Shown here: in pieces, positions 15,024 through 24,961 of the stretch | How the letters are laid out: each line of letters opens with the position of its first letter | Numbering within the stretch: the stretch's first letter is position 1 | From: Candidatus Thiopontia autotrophica | GTDB taxonomy: Bacteria > Pseudomonadota > Gammaproteobacteria > GCF-002020875 | Length of the DNA: 64,000 nucleotides | NCBI GenBank assembly: GCA_014384675.1 | Contig: JACNFK010000024.1 | Location: forward strand, 17,018-81,017 | Direction of reading: 5' to 3' | Translations under genes and position numbers: made by a program | The notes under the pieces: generated by a model | What the model was told of the DNA's origin: nothing | Databases searched by the model: none | Seen by the model: only the letters and a program-made list of their open reading frames with translations

Positions 15024-15367
15024 AACAGCTTCTCCTGATGGTTCAGAAATCCTGTTTCCAGCTGCTCAATACTGCTATCAACCTGCTGACTGAGCTCTTT
15101 TTCACTGGGACATTGGGTTCCTGATTTTATAATGGCGAGAAAGGATTTGTTGGTTGCCTCGTCAAAAGCTATCCCGATAACCCTGATCTTGGGGACCGTT
15201 GCAACCATGGACCGCTTCATTCTACGGGTCTCATCGATGTATCCACAATTAAGAGCAATACCGTTAAGCTCACCCAGCTGCTTCACTCTCTCAAGTTGTT
15301 GGTCACTGACGGCATAAGCTGGTGCAGTCAGCAGTGCAAGACAAGGTATAAGGTATCTTTTTTTCAT
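15020..15367 (-). CDS. Hypothetical small secreted protein (signal peptide, two Cys)
   Basis: ORF with a signal peptide ending AYA-VS. No recognisable family. Confidence 0.4.
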   Translation of the reverse strand: MKKRYLIPCLALLTAPAYAVSDQQLERVKQLGELNGIALNCGYIDETRRMKRSMVATVPKIRVIGIAFDEATNKSFLAIIKSGTQCPSEKELSQQVDSSIEQLETGFLNHQEKLF

Positions 15368-15439
15368 GGGGGTGAACTATCGGTTGTTGAGGAGTTGTTA
15401 CTTGCAGACAATCTTACCAAATGCGAGACTGATATCGTG

Positions 15440-15453
15440 TTGATCAAGATCAA
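15440..15453. promoter_or_regulatory. Perfect FNR/Dnr box TTGAT-CAAG-ATCAA between the small secreted-protein gene (-) and menA (+)
   Basis: Exact consensus. Centre is 20 bp before the menA ATG and 80 bp before the minus-strand gene start. Confidence 0.6.
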
Positions 15454-15465
15454 AAGTAGATATTC

Positions 15466-16341
15466 ATGAGCTCCCCATGGCTACAGGCTGTACGCCCCAA
15501 AACCCTCTCAATGGCGGTAATTCCCGTTCTTCTGGGGGCTGTGGTAGCCCATACAGAGAGCGCTCTATTTAAACCGCTACTACTCTCCCTTGTCCTTCTG
15601 GCTGCTCTTCTTATCCAGATTGGAACAAATCTATACAATGATGTTGGGGATGCAGAGCGTGGGGCAGATGGGCCAGACCGTCTGGGTCCAAAGCGGATGG
15701 TAGCGGCAGGGGTGTTGAGTGCGGGCAGTGTTCGAAAGGCTGCGATTCTCTCTTTTTTTGGTGCTTTTGTAATAGGTGTGGCCCTGGTTGTGGTTGGTGG
15801 GTTGCCAATCATCTTTATCGGGTTGTCATCAATTGCCGCAGGGATCGCCTATACCGGAGGCAGACTTCCCATTGCCTACACATTTATGGGGGAGCTGTTT
15901 GTCTTTCTCTTCTTTGGGGTTGTTGCAGTTATGGGTACTACCTATCTCATCACTCTGCAGTGGAGCTCTACAGCACTGTTGGTTGGGTCCGTCATAGGGT
16001 TGTTGGCGGCGGCAGTTCTGGTTGTAAATAACTATCGGGATATTGATACTGACCGTGCGGTGGGGAAGAATACCCTGGCAGTCACTCTTGGAGCAGCGCT
16101 CACCAGGGTTCTCTATCTCACGCTTTTATTGACCCCATTTCTGGTGTTGCTGGTGCTCTCTGAACAACTTCAGAAGCCGCTACTGATCTGGGTTATGATG
16201 CCGGCACTGCCGGTTTCACTCTATCTGGGGAGAAAGATATATCTTCTCCCTCACGGTCGAGGGTTAAACCAGCTGTTGGCGCAGACGGCTCAGCTGCAGC
16301 TTCTGTTCGGGATATTGATGATGTTTGGACTTTACCTATGA
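15466..16341 (+). CDS. menA: 1,4-dihydroxy-2-naphthoate octaprenyltransferase (UbiA family)
   Basis: N-terminal WLQAVRPKTL as in MenA, NDVGDAERGADGPDR motif, multiple TM helices. Confidence 0.8.
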   Translation: MSSPWLQAVRPKTLSMAVIPVLLGAVVAHTESALFKPLLLSLVLLAALLIQIGTNLYNDVGDAERGADGPDRLGPKRMVAAGVLSAGSVRKAAILSFFGAFVIGVALVVVGGLPIIFIGLSSIAAGIAYTGGRLPIAYTFMGELFVFLFFGVVAVMGTTYLITLQWSSTALLVGSVIGLLAAAVLVVNNYRDIDTDRAVGKNTLAVTLGAALTRVLYLTLLLTPFLVLLVLSEQLQKPLLIWVMMPALPVSLYLGRKIYLLPHGRGLNQLLAQTAQLQLLFGILMMFGLYL

Positions 16342-17180
16342 AAATAAAAAATATAGCCATTGTAGCCGCTCTTTTACTCTCACCCCTCTCTCTTGCCGAC
16401 ACCCACAGTCAGGAGCATGAGGCATCAGTTCTGCTCCCCCCAACATCCATTGCCCAGTGGTACAAGCCACAAAACAAGCGACAGGTATGGCTTCATACCA
16501 TGTTCCGTCTACGCCGCGCTATGCTGGCAATCCAGGAGTATACGGCTCTGCAGGATGAGAAGCTGCTGGACAAGTGGGGCTCACAATTTATCAAGGACTA
16601 CAGAAGTATCACCGAGATGGTTCCAGAGTGGGGTGACGAGATTGAGCCAGGGTGGATTAATCGACTTGAGCAGGTGATCAGAGATAGAGATTGGGAGGCT
16701 ATGGGTGGGGCACTCAGAAAGGTGGGGATGACCTGTAGCTCATGCCATGATGACTATCGTGCAGTTACTGCGGCACTATACAGAACCCCGGATTTTGAGA
16801 AGGTGATGGTTGAGGATAGTGAGACCATGGAGGATCTATCTTATAAAGAGACAATGAATAACCTTACAACTTCCATGAACCGTTTCAAGATAGCGGTTGA
16901 GGATGGTCGCAAAACTGCTGCAACGGAGTATCTTGAGATGTTCTCAATCAGGGTAATTGATCTGGGTGAGAGCTGTAGCGGATGCCACCGTGATGAACAA
17001 CCTCGTGAACGCATTCTTGGTGAGGAGACAGAGTTCCTGCTGGAGGAGCTATCGGTTCTGCTGGCCGAAAATCCCGAAGGGGTTGGGAGAAAACTGGGTG
17101 AGGTGGGGGTTGCTGTCTGTGCTCGCTGTCACGGTGTTCATCGTACCCTCGCAGATCTGAGAAGAGTGGTTGAGCCATGA
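16338..17180 (+). CDS. Secreted c-type cytochrome with three CXXCH motifs, translationally coupled between menA and ubiE
   Basis: Signal peptide. CSSCH, CSGCH and CARCH motifs. Start overlaps the menA stop (ATGA) and stop overlaps the ubiE start. Confidence 0.65.
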   Translation: MKIKNIAIVAALLLSPLSLADTHSQEHEASVLLPPTSIAQWYKPQNKRQVWLHTMFRLRRAMLAIQEYTALQDEKLLDKWGSQFIKDYRSITEMVPEWGDEIEPGWINRLEQVIRDRDWEAMGGALRKVGMTCSSCHDDYRAVTAALYRTPDFEKVMVEDSETMEDLSYKETMNNLTTSMNRFKIAVEDGRKTAATEYLEMFSIRVIDLGESCSGCHRDEQPRERILGEETEFLLEELSVLLAENPEGVGRKLGEVGVAVCARCHGVHRTLADLRRVVEP

Positions 17181-17905
17181 GTGACAAGGGAGAGCAGCTT
17201 TCGCAGACCTTCGGTTACTCCAGGGTTGATGAGCAGGAGCGTGAAAAGAAGATACGTGCCGTTTTTCAGGCGGTCGCCCCCCGTTATGATCTGATGAACG
17301 ATATGATGAGCTTTGGTATCCACCGCCTCTGGAAGCGTCGTTTGGTAAAGATGGTCAACCCACAGAGCGCTGAGCTGATAGTCGATCTGGCTGGTGGTAC
17401 CGGCGACATTGCCGAGAAGATGGCGGCAGAGGGGCGTACGGTTGTTGTAATAGACCCCAGTGAGGCGATGATGGCAGAGGGGAAGAGGCGAGGTATCAGG
17501 GGAGTCGAGTTCCGGGTGGGAACAGGGGAGTCCATACCCCTGCCTGACAGCTCGGTTGATCGTCTTACCATCTCCTTTGGTATCCGCAATATGACAAATA
17601 TGGGGCAAGCTCTGAGTGAGATCAATCGTGTGTTAAAGCCTGGTGGAAAAATGTACTGCCTTGAGTTCTCCAGACCCCACTGGTTGATCAAGCCTTTTTA
17701 TGATCTCCACTCCTTTTATCTGATCCCACGTCTGGGAGCATGGGTGGCCAAGGCGCCAATCGCCTACAATTATCTGGTGGAGTCAATTCGCCGCTTCCCC
17801 GATCAGGAGGAGATGAAGAGGATGATGGAGCAGGCAGGATTCACCAATGTCAGTTACAGAAACCTCACCTTTGGAATTGCCGCCATTCATACTGGTGAGA
17901 AATGA
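17177..17905 (+). CDS. ubiE: Demethylmenaquinone/ubiquinone C-methyltransferase
   Basis: UbiE/MenG signature (DLMNDMMSFG, VDLAGGTGD), 242 aa. Confidence 0.85.
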   Translation: MSDKGEQLSQTFGYSRVDEQEREKKIRAVFQAVAPRYDLMNDMMSFGIHRLWKRRLVKMVNPQSAELIVDLAGGTGDIAEKMAAEGRTVVVIDPSEAMMAEGKRRGIRGVEFRVGTGESIPLPDSSVDRLTISFGIRNMTNMGQALSEINRVLKPGGKMYCLEFSRPHWLIKPFYDLHSFYLIPRLGAWVAKAPIAYNYLVESIRRFPDQEEMKRMMEQAGFTNVSYRNLTFGIAAIHTGEK

Positions 17906-18888
17906 GTGTTGATGAAGTAGATATCACCCTGGAGACCAGTGGCACCGAGGGTGTTGCAAAACAAGTCAGCTTCTCTGTAGAGAGATTGCGAGCCAGTGCC
18001 CGCATGGGGCGAGCGTTGGAGGATCTTCAGTCTGGTGACTGCTGGCTTAACTGTCTGCCACTGAACCATGTTGGTGGTCTCTCTATCAAGTATCGCTGTG
18101 AAGAGGCAGGAGCCGCCATGCTGCTTCATGAGGGCTTTGACCCGGAAAAAATTTATGGTGATCTAAAGCGGCACTTTGTTACTCATATTTCACTGGTTCC
18201 GGTAATGCTCTCGAAATTGCTGGACTATTTTGGAGATAAGCCCGCCCCTACATATCTAAAGACGGTACTGATCGGTGGAGACCATCTGCCAAAGTCACTG
18301 GCCCAGCGTGCTGTAGAGAGGGGGTGGCCCATTGTGGTCTCCTATGGGCTGACAGAGACTGCATCAAGGATCACCATGTTGCGACTCTCTGGTGAAAATA
18401 TTGCGGCATGGGATGATAGTGATGTAGGTCCTCCTCTGCCTGGAGTCTCTGTAACCATAGGGGGGCAGGGTGAGATCAGGATAAGGAGTGATCAGCTGCT
18501 GGGTGATCATGAGGTTGTAACCGCTGACCATGGGGCAGTTGATGACAGCGGTCACCTTCATGTTTATGGAAGGCTGGACTGTCGGATTATCTCGGGAGGC
18601 GTGACTATTGATCCTGTAACCATAGAGCAGCTGATGATCTCTGCACCAGGGGTAAAAGATGTGGGTGTAGGCTCTGTTCCTGACAAGGAGTGGGGTGAGC
18701 GTATTGTTGCAGTTATAGCTGGTGATATGAATCAGGACATTGTGGCTGGCTGGATGAGAGAGAATATTCCATCTGGTCTGCGCCCACGAGAACTGCTGTT
18801 GGTCTCCGAGTTAAGACGCAATCGTCTGGGCAAGCTGGATCGAGAGTGGTTAAAAAATCAGGCAGAGAGTGCGTTTAGCATACCCTGA
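17902..18888 (+). CDS. menE: Short-form o-succinylbenzoate-CoA ligase (AMP-binding superfamily)
   Basis: TSGTEG P-loop-like motif, YGLTET, and a length and context typical of short MenE. Confidence 0.65.
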   Translation: MSVDEVDITLETSGTEGVAKQVSFSVERLRASARMGRALEDLQSGDCWLNCLPLNHVGGLSIKYRCEEAGAAMLLHEGFDPEKIYGDLKRHFVTHISLVPVMLSKLLDYFGDKPAPTYLKTVLIGGDHLPKSLAQRAVERGWPIVVSYGLTETASRITMLRLSGENIAAWDDSDVGPPLPGVSVTIGGQGEIRIRSDQLLGDHEVVTADHGAVDDSGHLHVYGRLDCRIISGGVTIDPVTIEQLMISAPGVKDVGVGSVPDKEWGERIVAVIAGDMNQDIVAGWMRENIPSGLRPRELLLVSELRRNRLGKLDREWLKNQAESAFSIP

Positions 18889-20228
18889 ATCTTTAGTCCG
18901 ATCTCTGCTATCTCGTCTTCAGCAACTGACCCCTTAACAATGCCGGCACCGGCGTAGAGAATAGCTTTTTCATCTTCAACCATTGCGCAGCGTAGTAGCA
19001 CATGGATCTCTCCATCTCCATCAGGATCAATCCAGCCGGCACCACCACAATACCCGCCACGGTAGCTGTTGTTGTGTTCAGTTAGCCACTGGAGAGCCGC
19101 TGTTCTTGGGGTTCCACAGATTGCAGGGCTCTGGTGAAGGGCCTCAATCAGCTCAAATATGGAGGTACTGTCTCTTCCGTCTTCTGTTTTCAGCCTCCCC
19201 TTGATCGCGGTCAGTAGATGTTGAATATTCTCAAGCTTGTGAATGGTTGGCGTGGCTGGTATATCTACGGTCTCACAGAGTGGTAGCAGTGCACTGCCGA
19301 CAGCATCAACCACCAGCTGGTGTTCATGACGTAGCTTGGGATTCTTGAGCAGGAGCTGTTCCTGCATACTCTCCTCTTCTTCACTGCTGCCCCGGGGAAG
19401 GGTGCCTGCCAGGGCGTCAGACTCCACGTCGGCTCCTCGCTTGGAGAAGAGGCGTTCAGGAGGTGCGGCAATAAAATGTCTCCCTTCTATGGAGAACGAG
19501 AACTGCGCGGTTGATGGGCTGCTCCGTTCCAGTTTTTTCAGGGTTCGCTCTGTGCCTATCGGATTGGAGAAGTGAAACCGTTGCTGCTCTCCTATTACCA
19601 GCTTCTCGATTGTGTTGGAGTAAATGGTCTCAATAGCATCCCTGAAAATCTGATCTGCCGAATCAAGGCTGTTGTCCGGAGTAATGGTTGATGGGGCGCC
19701 TGGAGGAGGGTGGTTATCTAGAATTTCTCTCAGCTGGTTGATATCCTCCTGCCAGTTTTCCAGGATCTCTTCCTCTGCTATCCCCTCTCTCTGGTGTGAA
19801 AAAATGACACTCTGTCTCCCGCTCTGGTTGATGAGCTGAACGCGTGGCAGCATAAGTAGGGTGTTGGGGAACCCGTGCCACTCATTCTGCATTGGATCAT
19901 CCTCATGGAATGCGTAATGAAACAGAGTTCTTGGTGAGGCTCCGGTCTCTTCCGGGTCAAAAACAGCCCATGAGTTTGTGAGTTGCAGAAACTGTTCCCT
20001 GGCCTCGGTAAAGCGTTCTCTCCCTCTCAGCTCTCTCTGCCATCCGCTCTGCAGTGCGAGCAGCCTTACCCCTTCACGTGGGCTCCTCCAGTAGATACCA
20101 TTTTTTAGGGGTGGTGGGGCAGTGAATGGGCGCTCATTGAATGGCAGAATGATGCTGATAACCTGATCAATTTGGCTGTCACTGTTATTATAAACTAGAT
20201 TAAGTTCATGTTTTAACTTATTGATCAT
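18858..20228 (-). CDS. menF: Isochorismate synthase (chorismate-binding family)
   Basis: C-terminal chorismate-utilising motifs (GGAGWIDPDGDGE, YAGAGIV). Context in the men cluster. Confidence 0.8.
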   Translation of the reverse strand: MINKLKHELNLVYNNSDSQIDQVISIILPFNERPFTAPPPLKNGIYWRSPREGVRLLALQSGWQRELRGRERFTEAREQFLQLTNSWAVFDPEETGASPRTLFHYAFHEDDPMQNEWHGFPNTLLMLPRVQLINQSGRQSVIFSHQREGIAEEEILENWQEDINQLREILDNHPPPGAPSTITPDNSLDSADQIFRDAIETIYSNTIEKLVIGEQQRFHFSNPIGTERTLKKLERSSPSTAQFSFSIEGRHFIAAPPERLFSKRGADVESDALAGTLPRGSSEEEESMQEQLLLKNPKLRHEHQLVVDAVGSALLPLCETVDIPATPTIHKLENIQHLLTAIKGRLKTEDGRDSTSIFELIEALHQSPAICGTPRTAALQWLTEHNNSYRGGYCGGAGWIDPDGDGEIHVLLRCAMVEDEKAILYAGAGIVKGSVAEDEIAEIGLKIQGMLNALSA

Positions 20229-20255
20229 TGGGTGTTGTCTAAGTAAAAACCTGGA

Positions 20256-21077
20256 CTAGGTTCTTCGCTTGTGCTTTGTGAAGTCTGGCGGACGTTTTTC
20301 ATTAAAGGCATTACGGCCTTCCTGTCCTTCGTCTGACATGTAAAAGAGGGCAGTGGCGTTACCTGCCAGCTCCTGAATTCCGGCAAGCCCATCGGTATCT
20401 GCATTAAATCCAGCCTTGAGAAGACGTAGTGCTGTTGGACTGTGCTGCAACATCTCCTGGCACCAACGGATGCTCTCCTCCTCCAGCTTGTCAGCGGGGA
20501 CAACACGGTTGACTAGCCCCATATCCAGTGCCTCCCCGGCACTGTATTGACGACAGAGAAACCAGATCTCTTTTGCCTTTTTCATCCCTACGGTGCGTGC
20601 CAACAGACCCGCTCCAAGACCTGCATCAAAACTTCCGACCTTGGGGCCGGTCTGTCCAAAGATGGCACTGTCGGATGCGATGGAGAGATCACAGATCAGA
20701 TGGAGGACATGGCCACCACCTATGGCGTATCCATTTACCATCGCCACTACCGGCTTTGGCAAGGTACGTATCTGACGCTGCAGGTCGAGTACATTGAGAT
20801 GCTCTCCACCACTCTCATCCTTGTAGCCGCTAGCGCCACGAATCTTCTGGTCACCACCTGAGCAGAATGCCTTCTCTCCTGCACCGGTCAGGATAATGGC
20901 TCCTATCTCACTGTCCATATGTGCGCGGTGAAATGCATCTATCATCTCCTCTACAGTCTCCGGGCGGAAGGCGTTATGTACCTGGGGACGGTTGATGGTG
21001 ATTTTGGCAATCCCCTCTGCACTATCGTAGAGGATATCCCGGTAGTTGGAATCGATATCTCTTATCCACTCAATCAA
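20256..21077 (-). CDS. menB: 1,4-dihydroxy-2-naphthoyl-CoA synthase (crotonase fold)
   Basis: Crotonase signatures ([26 protein letters not shown]), 273 aa. Confidence 0.9.
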   Translation of the reverse strand: MIEWIRDIDSNYRDILYDSAEGIAKITINRPQVHNAFRPETVEEMIDAFHRAHMDSEIGAIILTGAGEKAFCSGGDQKIRGASGYKDESGGEHLNVLDLQRQIRTLPKPVVAMVNGYAIGGGHVLHLICDLSIASDSAIFGQTGPKVGSFDAGLGAGLLARTVGMKKAKEIWFLCRQYSAGEALDMGLVNRVVPADKLEEESIRWCQEMLQHSPTALRLLKAGFNADTDGLAGIQELAGNATALFYMSDEGQEGRNAFNEKRPPDFTKHKRRT

Positions 21078-22903
21078 TGTAGTGACTCCCAGTATTGGTG
21101 ATGGTTACGGTTGCTGATATTGCGATCAATGGTCAATTCTATCAGTTTGGGATGGGGCTGTTGGAGCACCTCATCCAGGTATAGTGCCAGGCCATCTCTA
21201 TCTGTTACCTCTCTGTAGGGGATATCATAGAGGGCGGCAACTCTCTTGAACTCTACCGTAGTTGGGGTTAGCCAAAGTGACTCAAATTCAGGTAGCTGGG
21301 CTGGGGGAAGATGGCTGAAGATGTTGCCGCCACCATTATTGATCACAATAATTGTCAGATCCATCTCCAGCTCTTTTGCCAGATAGAGGGCGTTCAGATT
21401 GTGAAAGAGGGTAAGGTCACCTAGTAGTGCAACAACAGGGGTGTCGGGGTCTGTAACTGCACGAATGCCACAGACGGTGGCAAGGTTGCCATCAATCCCG
21501 CTGGCCCCGCGATTTGCAAACAGTTTTAGAGGCTCCTCTCTTTGAGTCATCCAACCATCGATATCTCTGATCACCATGGAGTTTCCACTAAACAGAATGG
21601 TGCCGCCAGGCAGTTGTCGGTTTAGCGTCCTGATTACCTGATCTTCACTCAGGTCGTCAGGGTTGCTTCTCCATTCTGCCGCTAACCGCTCCTTCTCTTT
21701 TAGTGTATGAAGATGGCTATTACCAGCCTGTGGCTGTGGGCGTCCAGAGGGACACCCGCAAGGCGAAGCGGGGAGATTGTCTGTAGGGTTGGGGTCTGCA
21801 TACTGTAGTAACTGTTGGCAGAAGGTTGCAGGGGAGGTAGAGATTTTTGTATTGGATAGTGATAGTGGATCGCTCCAGACAGTTTTGTGGTGCACGGTGA
21901 TGTAGCGTTTTGGCAGGCTCTCTTGTAGCAGAGTAGCTACCGCTTTCGATAGCGGAAAACGACCAAACTGGATAACCCACTCTGGACGACATAACCTGCG
22001 GTTCTTCTCATTACGGAGGATTCCGTCGTAGTGGGTAAAGAACAGTTGATTGTCGTCATCTCCCCAGCGCAGGTTGGAGAGTGGGTCTGCAAAAACTGGA
22101 GCCCCAAGACTCTCGGCAAGCTGGTTCAGTACTGTATTGAAGCCCTTGGGATAATGTGACTCTCCACACAAGATAACCCCTGGTTTGCCACTGACCTCCT
22201 GGCATATCTCCTGGTAGTCAATAACAGGGATGGTGTTATCAGCATGGTCCCTGGCGGCATATTGCAGGCCACTATTGTGCCACTTGATCTGCTTGCTGTT
22301 GCGGGCAAGAAGTGGTTCTCTAAACGGGATATTCAGGTGGACGGGCCCCGGTGCCGGATTCTCCATTGACTCAATCATCTGTGGAACCAGCTCTGTCAGC
22401 TGAGTAACTGGATCATCTATCTCATCCGGGGGAGGGGTGGTGTATCTGGCACTAACCTGTTCCCCAAAGATATTGTTCTGGGCAATGGTCTGGTTGGCCC
22501 CACAGTTGTGAAGTTCTGGTGGGCGATCTGCAGAGAGTAGCAGAAGAGGGGTGGATGAGTGGTATGCCTCAATAACGGCAGGGAGCCAGTTTGCAACCGC
22601 AGTTCCAGAGGTGCAGATCAGAGCTGTTGGGACTTCTCTCTTTTTGCTCTGTCCAAGTGCCATGAAGGCTGCATCACGTTCATCTACGATGACCCAATAT
22701 TTTGTATCGGGGTGACGAGCTACAGCAAGAGCCAGAGGAGTTGATCTGGAACCGGGTGAGATAACAAAGTGGGTTATGCCGCCATCCACCAGAGCCTGTA
22801 TCAGGGTGGCAGACCACTGCAGGTTTATAGCACCTATATCACTCATATCTCTGCAAAATATCTCTGAGAGCATCAGGGAGGGGTATCTTCTCTCCACTAT
22901 CAA
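21074..22903 (-). CDS. menD: SEPHCHC synthase (ThDP-dependent); likely true start near 22846 ([11 protein letters not shown])
   Basis: N-terminus resembles MenD ([21 protein letters not shown]), ThDP fold. Overlaps the menB start. Confidence 0.85.
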   Translation of the reverse strand: MIVERRYPSLMLSEIFCRDMSDIGAINLQWSATLIQALVDGGITHFVISPGSRSTPLALAVARHPDTKYWVIVDERDAAFMALGQSKKREVPTALICTSGTAVANWLPAVIEAYHSSTPLLLLSADRPPELHNCGANQTIAQNNIFGEQVSARYTTPPPDEIDDPVTQLTELVPQMIESMENPAPGPVHLNIPFREPLLARNSKQIKWHNSGLQYAARDHADNTIPVIDYQEICQEVSGKPGVILCGESHYPKGFNTVLNQLAESLGAPVFADPLSNLRWGDDDNQLFFTHYDGILRNEKNRRLCRPEWVIQFGRFPLSKAVATLLQESLPKRYITVHHKTVWSDPLSLSNTKISTSPATFCQQLLQYADPNPTDNLPASPCGCPSGRPQPQAGNSHLHTLKEKERLAAEWRSNPDDLSEDQVIRTLNRQLPGGTILFSGNSMVIRDIDGWMTQREEPLKLFANRGASGIDGNLATVCGIRAVTDPDTPVVALLGDLTLFHNLNALYLAKELEMDLTIIVINNGGGNIFSHLPPAQLPEFESLWLTPTTVEFKRVAALYDIPYREVTDRDGLALYLDEVLQQPHPKLIELTIDRNISNRNHHQYWESLH

Positions 22904-23261
22904 TAGAGGTGGTTACATGGGTAGTTGTAACTGTGGCCTTGAGTTGTGGCTTGCCGCCATCATCAAAACCATGCGTCAGGGTTTTCAGGGTAAATGAGTG
23001 GTTGCCAATGGCTGTCACCTGAATAGTAAGGGTAAGGGTTTCACCAAGTTTTATCGGTTGGTGATAATCCGCATCGGCATGGACCAGAGGGATGGCCTCT
23101 CCTCTCTGTTGAATAATGTTGTGAAGAGGCAGGTTGTTGCTGAATAGCATCTCCTCATAGGCATTGTGGGTCAGCCTGAAGAGCTCTCCATAGAAGAGCA
23201 GGCCGGCGCCATCAATCTCGTGAAGTTGAACTCTATGGGGGTAGGAGAAAAAATTATTCAT
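22839..23261 (-). CDS. Hotdog-fold (4HBT/YbgC-like) acyl-CoA thioesterase, probably DHNA-CoA hydrolase
   Basis: 140 aa with the 4HBT-type N-terminal motif (YPHRVQLHEIDGAGLLFYG). Sits between menC and menD. Confidence 0.6.
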   Translation of the reverse strand: MNNFFSYPHRVQLHEIDGAGLLFYGELFRLTHNAYEEMLFSNNLPLHNIIQQRGEAIPLVHADADYHQPIKLGETLTLTIQVTAIGNHSFTLKTLTHGFDDGGKPQLKATVTTTHVTTSIDSGEKIPLPDALRDILQRYE

Positions 23262-24379
23262 GGCAGGGTCAGTATCCCGTTTTTTATCGGTAGAGCCAAC
23301 ATAAGATCTTCTGCTAGCAGTGATGAGGTTGCAAGCCCGTGAGCATGTCTCTGTTCCGGGTCAACAGCTCCAGCACAGTATGCTGCCGAGATTATGCCCA
23401 CGCTACTCTCCAGTGCTGAGGTGATGATGACATCAACCCCTCTCTCTTTAAACTGAGTGGCAATCTTGAAAGTTGTATATGGTCCTCCCATCAGAGCAGG
23501 CTTAAGGACAACACGCTGGAGCTGTTCATTTTTTAGTAATGTCTCAACCCCAAAGTCAGACACTGATTCATCCAGTGCCAGCGGGAAGGGTGTCTCTCTC
23601 TGTAGTTTATTAATAGTCTCAAGGGTGGGGTTTTTAAGTGGCTCTTCCAGAGACTCTATATTTATGGGCATGGGTAGCGCTTGAATGGCAGAGATAAATT
23701 GAGATGCTTCCGTTATGCTCCATGCCTGGTTTGCATCAAGCCTTATTTCAGTGTGCTGTGGCAGTGTTGCAGCTAAGCTGTACAGTTGTGCAACCTCTTC
23801 ATCAATAGATGACAGGCCAACCTTTACCTTTATAACTGATTCACCATCAACTGGTTCTGTTGCTTTGGCAAGAGTACCGGCAGGGTGGTTGACCCTGATT
23901 TTATTGGTGGCATTGGGGGATATCCAGCTGCCTGGGGTCAGGCCGCATCTTTTCGCCAGTATTGTAATCAGGGCAGACTCTACCCCACAACAGGCTGCAG
24001 GAGAGGTGTTGCGTAGATCTGGAAGTCTGGCCAGCAGGTCATCGACAGAGATGTTGTCTGCCTCTTCCTTTAATAGCTCCAGAGTTTTGCGGCACTGTTC
24101 CAGTGATTCGCTACCCATCTCTGGTAGAGGTGCCGCATCTCCCAGCCCTGCTACGCTATCCTGCTCACTTATCTCTACAAGAAAACCTGCACGATTGTTG
24201 ATGGTTCCATGGCTAGTTACCCATGGATGCCTGAGTGGCAAGTGATAGGGGAGGATGAAGAGTGAATTAATCATCATCCAGGATGGATAGATAGGCCAGC
24301 AGGTTGTGAATATCTTCCTCGCTATACTCGTTGAAGAGGGATTCATTTGTCTCCTCATTGTCATGAACCCTGTTGCCAT
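23258..24379 (-). CDS. menC: o-Succinylbenzoate synthase (enolase superfamily); likely start near 24277 (MMINSLFILPY)
   Basis: Enolase-superfamily catalytic residues (KVKVG, DANQAW, LEEP, ALDES..D). Context in the men cluster. Confidence 0.75.
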   Translation of the reverse strand: MATGFMTMRRQMNPSSTSIARKIFTTCWPIYPSWMMINSLFILPYHLPLRHPWVTSHGTINNRAGFLVEISEQDSVAGLGDAAPLPEMGSESLEQCRKTLELLKEEADNISVDDLLARLPDLRNTSPAACCGVESALITILAKRCGLTPGSWISPNATNKIRVNHPAGTLAKATEPVDGESVIKVKVGLSSIDEEVAQLYSLAATLPQHTEIRLDANQAWSITEASQFISAIQALPMPINIESLEEPLKNPTLETINKLQRETPFPLALDESVSDFGVETLLKNEQLQRVVLKPALMGGPYTTFKIATQFKERGVDVIITSALESSVGIISAAYCAGAVDPEQRHAHGLATSSLLAEDLMLALPIKNGILTLP

Positions 24380-24935
24380 CCCTGTAGGCGAAGATCTGTT
24401 TCAATAGATATGCACTATATTGTCCAGTTAGTAGAGGAATACTCTTTTTAGGTTTCCCCTCCCCATGACGGCCATGACAGCTTGCACACTCTTGGTTGTA
24501 GAGCTTTTCTCCTGCATTCACATCACCTTCGAGCCTGGGTATGGTGAGTAGCTTCTTACTTAGTAGCAGACGTTCATAGGCATCAAAGTTCTCTTCATCT
24601 ATTGGCGGAAGTTTTGAATAGAGTTGTATGGTCGGGAGGTATGCAGATACATCCAGCAGATCCTCCTCCGGCAGCTCTCGCTCCTTGGTGTATGGAATCA
24701 TGGGGTGGTTGAGACGTTCACGACTTTTGAAACGACGTAGCTCCTCTGCAATGTATTTTTCCGGCAGTCCTGCTAGACGGGGATACTCTCCCTCCTTGCC
24801 CCCTTCGGCATATTCACCATGACAGCCTGCACATACCTCGTTGATCTCCTCACCAATCTCAAGATTTGCAGCAGATGAGATACCTGATACAACCACAATG
24901 GCCATTGCTCTGAATGTCTGTTTGATTCCTTCCAT
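24267..24935 (-). CDS. Dihaem cytochrome c (c4-like), the last gene after nosY
   Basis: Signal peptide plus CAGCHGE and CASCHGRHG motifs. Confidence 0.75.
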   Translation of the reverse strand: MEGIKQTFRAMAIVVVSGISSAANLEIGEEINEVCAGCHGEYAEGGKEGEYPRLAGLPEKYIAEELRRFKSRERLNHPMIPYTKERELPEEDLLDVSAYLPTIQLYSKLPPIDEENFDAYERLLLSKKLLTIPRLEGDVNAGEKLYNQECASCHGRHGEGKPKKSIPLLTGQYSAYLLKQIFAYRDGNRVHDNEETNESLFNEYSEEDIHNLLAYLSILDDD

Positions 24936-24961
24936 GGCAGGTATTCAGGATGGTAGAGTTG

